64,000 bases of DNA. Origin: Candidatus Levybacteria bacterium CG2_30_37_29 (GTDB lineage: Bacteria; Patescibacteriota; Microgenomatia; Levybacterales; GWA1-39-11). Under the pieces are notes generated by a model that had not been told where the DNA came from, made no database searches, and saw only the letters and a list, made by a program, of their open reading frames with translations. Each line of letters starts with the position of its first letter. Position 1 is the stretch's first letter. Of the stretch, positions 57,277 through 64,000 are shown one piece after another. The translations under genes and the position numbers were made by a program. The DNA is taken from the NCBI GenBank assembly GCA_001873215.1, contig MNYS01000009.1, positions 3,654-67,653 of the forward strand, read 5' to 3'.

Positions 57277-57582
57277 ATGGCTGTAACACAAGACTGGACT
57301 TCCTGCCTTGAAAGCGGGGACGTAGCGACACTTAGGTGTATTCCTATTGTCTTGCAAAACATAATTAATTTTTTGGTTATATTTGCAGGAGTCATCGCTG
57401 TTTTTTTTATTGTATTTTCAGGAATCCGCTTTGTGACTTCAGGTGGAGATCCTGAAAAAATCGCGTCTGCAAGAAAAATTTTGACATACGCAATAATAGG
57501 ATTTATTATTGTCGTTTTTTCTTTTGTAATCTTGAATTTAATTGCGAAAACAACAGGCGTTACCCAGCTCGAACCAAGATAA
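57277..57582 (+). CDS. VirB2/TrbC-like T4SS pilin (paralog C)
   Basis: FFIVFSGIRFVTSGGDPEKIASARKILTYAIIGFIIVVFSFVIL: same motif with W replaced by F/V. Confidence 0.5.
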   Translation: MAVTQDWTSCLESGDVATLRCIPIVLQNIINFLVIFAGVIAVFFIVFSGIRFVTSGGDPEKIASARKILTYAIIGFIIVVFSFVILNLIAKTTGVTQLEPR

Positions 57583-57706
57583 AAGATTATCTTTTCACAT
57601 TTTGCCTCAAACGGTTGTTTTTTTGACCCATTTCGATACTCTTGAAATGATTATTTTCACGTTATACGCTGTTGTATACAGATAAATTCAAAAGGTAAAA
57701 GACAAA

Positions 57707-58081
57707 ATGCAAAATTACAACTCAAAATTTAAAAGCGATTTGATAAAACGATGCTATCAGTTTAGCTTGGCTATTATAGCCCTTGCCGACACATTACCAA
57801 ATAAAAGAAGCGCATGGGTAATAACCGATCAACTAATAAGATCGGCAACTTCTGTTGGGGCGAATCTGGTTGAAGCAAAATCGGCAAGCTCAAGAATTGA
57901 TTTTAAAAAGTTTCATGAAATTGCCCTTAAAAGCGCCAACGAAACGAAATATTGGCTTGAACTATTAACAGACTCTGGATTGACATCGGTTGAATCGGTA
58001 AACATATTGTTAAAAGAGGTTTACGAAATTGCAAACATGATCGCAGCAGGTGTTATTAAATTAAAAGCTAAAAATTTTTGA
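57707..58081 (+). CDS. Four-helix-bundle protein (23S rRNA intervening-sequence protein family, TIGR02436-like)
   Basis: LIRSATSVGANLVEAKSASSRIDFKKFHEIALKSANETKYWLEL matches the family signature (RSATSIGANIAEG...S..DFi.fl.iA.GS..E...L). Confidence 0.6.
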   Translation: MQNYNSKFKSDLIKRCYQFSLAIIALADTLPNKRSAWVITDQLIRSATSVGANLVEAKSASSRIDFKKFHEIALKSANETKYWLELLTDSGLTSVESVNILLKEVYEIANMIAAGVIKLKAKNF

Positions 58082-58131
58082 GTTCTTACTTGGATTTTTA
58101 ACTTTTGAATTTTTATTTTTGAATTTAATTT

Positions 58132-59157
58132 ATGGAAAATCATCCTATTCCACAAGACGTCACGGGATTTAAATTTAAGCTAATCGGCAGCGTCACAATA
58201 AAACAATTTTTATATCTACTGGGCGCCGGCATTCTTACAACGATCACTTTTGTACTGCCTATTCCTGTTTATGTAAAATTTCCTTTTATGGGTCTTTTTG
58301 CGTTCGTAGGCCTTGGCCTTGCTTTTGTCCCAATCGAGGGGCGGCCTATGGACACAATGATTGCAAATTTTGCCAAAACCATTCCTTCTGAAAACGAATA
58401 CATTTATAGAAAACGCGGCGTAAATCTGGCAACATATGATTTTTTCAAACCACTTGTGCAAGTTGCCACCCCTCAACAGCAAACTCAAAAAGCGACAAGC
58501 GAATCTGACACAAGACGCGCAATTCTTTTAAGCCAGCTACGGGCTCATTACATTACTCCTGACCAAGCAGAAACAAAATTTTTAAAAAATATTAAATCTG
58601 TTTTTGACGAAACGCCAAAACCCAAAATTCAACAAGAGGTAAAAATTTCTACAAAAACAGAAGAGGTGGCAGTAGCAGCTCCCGAGCCTTCAGTTCTTAC
58701 GGCCACAACGGACGCCGCGCCAACACCAACGGCGCCCTTGGAGGAAAGCGAAAGCATAAGGGTTGTTGGCCCGCTACAACAACTTAAGGCGGGTTTTCCG
58801 ACTATACCCGATACACCAAACATAGTATTGGGAATCGTAAAAGATCCACGGGGACGAGTACTACAGAACATTTTGGTTGAAGTGGTTGACACATCAAATG
58901 TTCCCGTACGCGCTTTTAAAACAAACGTCTTGGGGCAATTCGCATCAGCAACTCCTCTTCCGAACGGAACTTATCGTGTTATTTTTGAAGACCCACAAAA
59001 AATCCATGAATTTGAAATAACAGAAATAACCCTTACGGGGGAAATCTTTAACCCTCTTGAGGCGGTTTCTTTGGATCAAAGAGAAAGATTGCGACGAGAG
59101 CTTTTTGCAAATCTTTCAACCGGTACGCCCAGCGTCCAACAGGGCGCTGCCATATAA
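58132..59157 (+). CDS. VirB3/PrgI-like membrane protein with long C-terminal extension
   Basis: N-terminus FKFKLIGSVTIKQFLYLLGAGILTTITFVL plus a second TM (FMGLFAFVGLGLAFVPI) resembles the VirB3 'kGLT.rqf' hairpin; 341 aa with an Ala/Pro/Thr-rich linker. Confidence 0.4.
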   Translation: MENHPIPQDVTGFKFKLIGSVTIKQFLYLLGAGILTTITFVLPIPVYVKFPFMGLFAFVGLGLAFVPIEGRPMDTMIANFAKTIPSENEYIYRKRGVNLATYDFFKPLVQVATPQQQTQKATSESDTRRAILLSQLRAHYITPDQAETKFLKNIKSVFDETPKPKIQQEVKISTKTEEVAVAAPEPSVLTATTDAAPTPTAPLEESESIRVVGPLQQLKAGFPTIPDTPNIVLGIVKDPRGRVLQNILVEVVDTSNVPVRAFKTNVLGQFASATPLPNGTYRVIFEDPQKIHEFEITEITLTGEIFNPLEAVSLDQRERLRRELFANLSTGTPSVQQGAAI

Positions 59158-59162
59158 AAACT

Positions 59163-59792
59163 ATGTCAAAACAAAAAATACACTCAACAACTCAAGATTT
59201 TACCAACATAGTTGAGATTGCCCAAGACGTTGTCTTTTTTAAAGGCAAAAGCGCATGCATGATACTGGAAGTTTCTTCTGTTAACTTTTTTTTACTGTCG
59301 GGAGACGAGCAGAATGCCAGAATTTATGGATATATGTCGCTTCTTAATTCCCTCTCTTTTGCAATACAGATTTTTATTATTTCCCGAAGAATTGACCTTT
59401 CAGCATACATAAAGCTTCTGGAAGACAGAATTACAATAGTCACAAATCAACGCGTAATTGAGCATCTGCGACTTTACAAAGAATTCATACAAGAACTGGT
59501 AAAAGGCGAAGGTCTTTTGGATAAAAAAGCTTACGTTGTAATTCCCTTTTCAAGCCTTGAGATTGGGCCCTCAACTCCTGCACCAAATAAAAAGCCTCCT
59601 ACTTTTACAGAACAGGCAAGGGCTGTTTTGGAATCAAAAAGAGACAATATCTCAACACAAATTGAGCGCATGGGGCTTATCGTACGCCCTGTTCCGACAG
59701 AAGAATTGGTAAAGCTTTTTTACGAAATCTATAACCAAGACTTTGTCACACTGGACTTCAACTCAGAAGATGTTAAAAACATAATTATATAG
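59163..59792 (+). CDS. VirB4/TrsE N-terminal domain encoded as a separate ORF
   Basis: DFTNIVEIAQDVVFFKGKSACMILEVSSVNFFLLSGDEQNARIYGY matches the VirB4/CagE N-terminus (...kdgsy.ailev..infdl.seeeq...). Stop at 59792, 6 nt before the ATPase ORF. Confidence 0.55.
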   Translation: MSKQKIHSTTQDFTNIVEIAQDVVFFKGKSACMILEVSSVNFFLLSGDEQNARIYGYMSLLNSLSFAIQIFIISRRIDLSAYIKLLEDRITIVTNQRVIEHLRLYKEFIQELVKGEGLLDKKAYVVIPFSSLEIGPSTPAPNKKPPTFTEQARAVLESKRDNISTQIERMGLIVRPVPTEELVKLFYEIYNQDFVTLDFNSEDVKNIII

Positions 59793-59798
59793 CAATAT

Positions 59799-61979
59799 AT
59801 GTTTGGAATTGGAAAAAAACAACAAAAACAAACAGCTCCCGTTCGGGAGGGCGGATTTGTTGCACAAGGAGATAACACAAGCTCAATAAGCCATGCAGGA
59901 ACGACAACAGCACAGCATGCCCAACCGCCAGTTTCCCAAAAAAATACTGTCGTTAAAAAGGCAGGCGTCAAAACAACGCCAAGCCCCGCATACGGAGCGC
60001 TGAAAAGCGGGTCCGTATCTTTGGTTGATATTATTTCTCCGTCATCTGTTGAAGTCGACTTTAAGCATATTCGGGTAGGAGACAGATTTTATCGTACTTT
60101 TTTTGTTGTTGATTATCCCCGCCAAGTTTCCCCAAACTGGCTTTCTATTCTAATTGACTACAAAGAGACCATGAACACCTCTATGTTTATTTATCCCATT
60201 GAAAGCAAGGATGTCTTGACCAATTTGAAGCGAAAAATCGCAGAAATGGAAGCAACTCTTGAATCAGACGCAGAACAGGGACTCCAGCCGGACCCAAAAA
60301 TAAATGCGGCGCTTGAAGATGCGGTTGCTCTACGAGAAGAACTTGCCCGCGGACTTGAAAGATTTTTCCAATTCGGTCTCTACATTACTCTTTCTGCCGA
60401 AAATGTTTCAGAACTTGATATAAAAACAAAAGAACTCACGTCCCTTCTTTCCTCAAATCTCCTTGTAATAAAAGCGGCAACTCTTCAAATGGAAGACGGA
60501 TATAAGACCACTCTTCCAACGGGAAGCGACCGGCTTTTTATAACAAGAAACATGGACACAACCTCTCTTGCCTCAACCTTTCCTTTCACGTCTTATGAAA
60601 TTTCCCACCCTAACGGAATTTTATACGGAATAAATACTTTAAACAGTTCTCTTGCAATTGTTGATAGGTTTTCTTTTGAAAACGCCAACGAGGTTGTGTT
60701 TGGAAAGTCCGGTTCCGGAAAAAGCTTTTTGGTAAAACTTGAGGTTTTGCGGCAAATGATGTTTGACGTAGAGATTTTAATCATTGACCCGGAGGACGAA
60801 TACCGCGCTTTATGTCATTCGCTTGATGGCGAATACATATCCTTTTCTAAAAGTTCTGAGGTAAAAATTAATCCATTTGCTCTACTCTCTGATGACATGA
60901 CCGAAGCCCAACTTGGAATAAAAATTCTTTCACTCCATGGACTTTTAAAAACAATGCTTGGAGAAATGTCTCCAACGCAAGAAGCAATTTTGGATAGAGC
61001 AATTGTTCTCTCGTACAAGCAAAAAGGGATTACCCCGGATCCCGCAACATACAAAAACGAACCACCTATTCTTGAAGACTTGTACAAAACACTTCTTAAT
61101 ATGGAAGAGCCCGAAGCAAAAGATTTGGCTTTTCGACTTGAAAAATTTGTCAAAGGAGGATTTGCCGGTCTTTTTAATCAACAAACAAACTATGATGTAA
61201 AAAATCAGTTGACTGTTTTTTCAATAAAACAACTCGAGGATGTTTTACGCCCTATTGCCATGCATGTTATTTTGGATTTTATATGGAACAGGGTCAGAAC
61301 AAAGCTTAAAAAAAGGCTTTTGATTGTTGACGAGGCCTGGTATCTTATGAAAAATCCCGACTCAGCATCTTTTTTGCAGGGAATTGCAAAAAGAGCACGA
61401 AAATATTATTTGGGAGTAACAACTCTTACCCAAGACATTGAAGACTTTTTGGCAAACGATTATGGAAAAGCTATACTTTCAAGCTCATCTATTCAAATTC
61501 TCTTAAAACAAAACTCTTCTGAGGTAGAAACTCTTGGAAAAGCGCTGTTTTTGTCCGAAGGAGAAAAACAGTTTTTGTTAACGGCCCAAGTAGGAGAAGG
61601 CCTTTTGTTTGCCGGACAAAATCATATAACCGCTCAGTTTGCGGCTTCAAAATTTGAATATGACCTTATTACGTCTAAGCCCCAAGACATATTGCAAGGA
61701 GAAGAGGATGCGGCAACAGCCGCTGCTGCCTCTATCGCCCAAGAACCCCCCCCCCAAACAACACCAAGCCCAGCTATCACAGAGCCCACACAACCACCCA
61801 CTCCTCCTCCACAATCACAACCAGTAAGCGCCTCTTCGTCTCAGGTGATTGGCCCACAACAATCTCCGGAGCCAACCGTTGCGCCCCTACAAAATAACAC
61901 CGCTACTCCGCCTCCTCAACCAAAAACAACACCGAGCGATGCCGGCGGAACTTCATCAACAATAATCAATGGACAATGA
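59799..61979 (+). CDS. VirB4/TraE/TrsE-family T4SS ATPase (C-terminal two-thirds) with Pro/Thr-rich tail
   Basis: YRTFFVVDYPRQVSPNWL (VirB4 middle motif), Walker A VFGKSGSGKSFLVK, Walker B LLIVDEAWYLM, TLTQDIED; C-terminal PPPQTTPSP... low-complexity tail. Confidence 0.75.
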   Translation: MFGIGKKQQKQTAPVREGGFVAQGDNTSSISHAGTTTAQHAQPPVSQKNTVVKKAGVKTTPSPAYGALKSGSVSLVDIISPSSVEVDFKHIRVGDRFYRTFFVVDYPRQVSPNWLSILIDYKETMNTSMFIYPIESKDVLTNLKRKIAEMEATLESDAEQGLQPDPKINAALEDAVALREELARGLERFFQFGLYITLSAENVSELDIKTKELTSLLSSNLLVIKAATLQMEDGYKTTLPTGSDRLFITRNMDTTSLASTFPFTSYEISHPNGILYGINTLNSSLAIVDRFSFENANEVVFGKSGSGKSFLVKLEVLRQMMFDVEILIIDPEDEYRALCHSLDGEYISFSKSSEVKINPFALLSDDMTEAQLGIKILSLHGLLKTMLGEMSPTQEAILDRAIVLSYKQKGITPDPATYKNEPPILEDLYKTLLNMEEPEAKDLAFRLEKFVKGGFAGLFNQQTNYDVKNQLTVFSIKQLEDVLRPIAMHVILDFIWNRVRTKLKKRLLIVDEAWYLMKNPDSASFLQGIAKRARKYYLGVTTLTQDIEDFLANDYGKAILSSSSIQILLKQNSSEVETLGKALFLSEGEKQFLLTAQVGEGLLFAGQNHITAQFAASKFEYDLITSKPQDILQGEEDAATAAAASIAQEPPPQTTPSPAITEPTQPPTPPPQSQPVSASSSQVIGPQQSPEPTVAPLQNNTATPPPQPKTTPSDAGGTSSTIINGQ

Positions 61980-63150
61980 AGAAGAAAGAAAAAAACGGGG
62001 GCCTGTTGATGCCATAAATTCTGCAAGAAATTTTTCTCGCAATCTTCGTGGCTCTTTTAAGGCTGTGCGTTTTGTTGCAACCAACGTTGTCCGCGCCGCG
62101 GCCGGAGCAAGCGGCGGCTGGACAATATTTATTGTACTTTTTATTATTTTTATAATTATATGGCTTCTTTTTTTTAGTGAAGGGTCTGCTGTTGACATTT
62201 CCACCGAGGGCAACCAAAGCACGGGGAGTCAAGGAGGAACTGGAAGCACAGGAGGAAATACAAATCCATCTTCTTCAGATATAAACTGCTACACAAGCAT
62301 GTCGGGCGCTGACATGGATGCGTATTTCGCAAGCCAAGGATATATATATTTCAACAACACGGGCGGCGCTCTTGCCACGCTTGCTGAAAAACATAAAATT
62401 AATCCGGCTCTTATTATTGCCATTGGAAGAATGGAAAGCCAACTTGGAAATGCGTATCAATCAGACCCAGATAAACTTGCAAAGAAGAACGCTTTCGGGA
62501 TTGGAGGAGCTGACAACCTACAGCCTTTCTCTACGTGGGAAGAAGGAGCAGAGGTCTCATATAAAAGCGTTGCCAGCTATGGCTGCGCAACGCTTGAGTG
62601 TATTCAGCAGATTTATGCACCGGTAGGTTCATCGGATGACCCCGGCGATTTGAATTCAAATTGGCTTACCGGCGTAAAAGCAATTCTTTCCGAAATACCC
62701 CATGCGTCGTGTCAGCCTCCTGCCGGAACTATTTCCGATTGGCCTATTCAAAAGCCTATCGCCTCTTGCAGCGTAACCCAAAGACCAGGAGAAGGGTTTA
62801 GTCATCCGAATTTAAACGCAGTAGACCTAGGCCTGCTCCATGGCACCAAGGTTTACTCCACAAATAATGGAACCCTTACCGAACTGTATGTTTATGCCTA
62901 TAACTGCTATCCTACGTGTTCCAGTAGCGACGGGAAAGGAACCTATGTTAAGGTCTCAAATGGAAACTCTTGGGCAATTTATGCCCACCTTATTCCGGAA
63001 AGCGTTTCCCATCTAGCACTAAATCAAACAATTAATAAGGGTGATTATTTGGGACAGGTTGACAATACGGGATACAGCGACGGGGCGCACCTGCATTATG
63101 AATTGTCATCTGATCAAACTTTCCCGGATTTTGACACTGCGTGTAATTAA
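61969..63150 (+). CDS. T4SS-associated peptidoglycan hydrolase (VirB1-like): lysozyme-like/SLT domain plus M23 (LytM) peptidase
   Basis: N-terminal TM; transglycosylase-like ALIIAIGRMESQLGNAYQ; C-terminal M23 signature HPNLNAVDL...GTYVKVSNGNSWAIYAHL...GDYLGQVDNTGYSDGAHLHYEL (HxxxD ... HxH). Confidence 0.65.
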   Translation: MDNEEERKKRGPVDAINSARNFSRNLRGSFKAVRFVATNVVRAAAGASGGWTIFIVLFIIFIIIWLLFFSEGSAVDISTEGNQSTGSQGGTGSTGGNTNPSSSDINCYTSMSGADMDAYFASQGYIYFNNTGGALATLAEKHKINPALIIAIGRMESQLGNAYQSDPDKLAKKNAFGIGGADNLQPFSTWEEGAEVSYKSVASYGCATLECIQQIYAPVGSSDDPGDLNSNWLTGVKAILSEIPHASCQPPAGTISDWPIQKPIASCSVTQRPGEGFSHPNLNAVDLGLLHGTKVYSTNNGTLTELYVYAYNCYPTCSSSDGKGTYVKVSNGNSWAIYAHLIPESVSHLALNQTINKGDYLGQVDNTGYSDGAHLHYELSSDQTFPDFDTACN

Positions 63151-63159
63151 TGTAATATA

Positions 63160-63999
63160 ATGTTTGAAATGAACCAAATTATTGAAAGGGTAAAAAATTA
63201 CAAATATTTTTATCCAGTCCTTTTAATTGTCTCTTTGTTTGCTGGAACATTTTTAATACTTTTTGTCGCCGCAATGGTGTTTAAGCAGGAGAAAAAACAG
63301 GAACCAAAAAGAGATGGAGGAGTTATCGTTATAGGGAATCCAACAATAAAACCTGTTATTACAATTCCGGCAGCTCCTACATCTGGAGAAAAAATTAATC
63401 CTGTAATCCTGCAGGGAACCAGCATTTTCTATCCAGCCCTTTATCAGAACTATATTTATTATTTATCTGATGCCGGAACAAGATTTTACAAAATAAAAAC
63501 AGATGGAAAAGAAAAAGCTCCAATATCAGATGTTTTAGTGGCACAAATCAAAAATGTTACCTGGTCACAAGACGGCCTATCTGCGGTTATACAAGTAGAA
63601 AATAATAAATATTTCTTAGGAAAGAACAACAGCCCGTTTTTTTCCGAAAAAGATGAAAATTTAGCAACAACCAATTGGCTTTATGCTTTTCAAACAAAAA
63701 CATTAAAACAAATCGACACGTCTGCAATAGCTTTTTCCTTTTCTCCGTCTGGTAGGCTTTATTACATTTCCGTTGAGCGGCCGCAGAATGCGCCCCCTCA
63801 AACTTCACTTTATGCTTTGGACACAAATTCAACAAAAATCCTAACGTTCCCCGAAAGACAAAATTTAATTTATCATGTTTCAGAAAATACAATTATTACA
63901 TCAACGAGTCCGGGTCCTCTTCTTAAAAACATCTCTTATTATCAGGTTTCTACGACAACAAAAGAAGTCACTAAAATTCCTCCGCCACCAAACACTTTT
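63160..63999 (+). CDS. Membrane-anchored hypothetical protein (partial, continues beyond the window)
   Basis: ATG at 63160 or 63169; TM YFYPVLLIVSLFAGTFLILFVAAMVF followed by a beta-rich soluble domain; no stop before the window end. Confidence 0.4.
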   Translation, partial: MFEMNQIIERVKNYKYFYPVLLIVSLFAGTFLILFVAAMVFKQEKKQEPKRDGGVIVIGNPTIKPVITIPAAPTSGEKINPVILQGTSIFYPALYQNYIYYLSDAGTRFYKIKTDGKEKAPISDVLVAQIKNVTWSQDGLSAVIQVENNKYFLGKNNSPFFSEKDENLATTNWLYAFQTKTLKQIDTSAIAFSFSPSGRLYYISVERPQNAPPQTSLYALDTNSTKILTFPERQNLIYHVSENTIITSTSPGPLLKNISYYQVSTTTKEVTKIPPPPNTF

Positions 64000-64000
64000 G

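Noticed and set aside
1-64000. CRISPR arrays and rRNA genes
   Set aside because: I saw no regularly spaced direct repeats of 24-48 bp with unique spacers, and no stretch resembling 16S/23S/5S conserved cores.

Overview
This 64 kb window is AT-rich (roughly one-third GC by eye) and densely coding. By gene content it looks like a reduced-genome bacterium of the Candidate Phyla Radiation (Patescibacteria) type; that placement is inference from the points below.

Why it looks CPR-like:
- Many polytopic GT39/GT-C-like glycosyltransferases plus a YYY-domain protein.
- Gram-positive-style wall genes (FemAB/FemX-like, LCP, SpoIID/LytB, MurJ).
- Type IV pilus PilN/PilO-like genes.
- A VirB/Gram-positive-style type IV secretion locus.

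Housekeeping and envelope genes I can support:
- lepA (5' part, minus strand), murJ, rpsT, tpiA, a UvrD/PcrA helicase, smpB with an adjacent tmRNA, and nrdR-nrdJ (class II B12-dependent RNR) preceded by tandem NrdR boxes.
- A PduO-type cob(I)alamin adenosyltransferase directly downstream of nrdJ, a ComFC-like protein, a GNAT acetyltransferase, an SDR epimerase and a GT2 glycosyltransferase.
- Two signal-peptidase-I proteins and a matrixin-like metalloprotease.

RNA genes: two tRNA-Ser (TGA and GCT), a tRNA with anticodon UAU (Ile), and a tmRNA.

Regions I would look at first:
- 47.0-64.0 kb: a T4SS-like island immediately after an IS200/RAYT-type transposase flanked by REP-like hairpin repeats. 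It holds a VirB6/TrbL-like protein, four paralogous VirB2-like pilins (one fused to a large secreted domain), a VirB3-like protein, a VirB4 ATPase split into two ORFs, and a VirB1-like SLT+M23 hydrolase. It also carries a 1078-aa acidic orphan protein, an AAA-ATPase fused to an OmpR-type winged helix, and a four-helix-bundle protein.
- 29.4-31.8 kb: a separate VirD4/TraD-like coupling ATPase between tRNA genes.
- 22.6-23.4 kb: a nickel superoxide dismutase with its SodX-like maturation peptidase.
- 18.3-19.1 kb: a free-standing double-motif LAGLIDADG homing endonuclease.
- ~20.6 kb: a 24-bp perfect GC palindrome inside the helicase gene.
- ~21.0, ~21.4 and ~52.1 kb: a recurring 'AAATTGAAAATTTAAAATT' repeat at three loci.
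- ~41.9-42.15 kb: a GC-rich structured segment with an intrinsic terminator between nrdJ and the B12 adenosyltransferase gene.

I found no CRISPR array and no rRNA. All calls are from reading ORF translations and manually folding RNAs; no searches were run.
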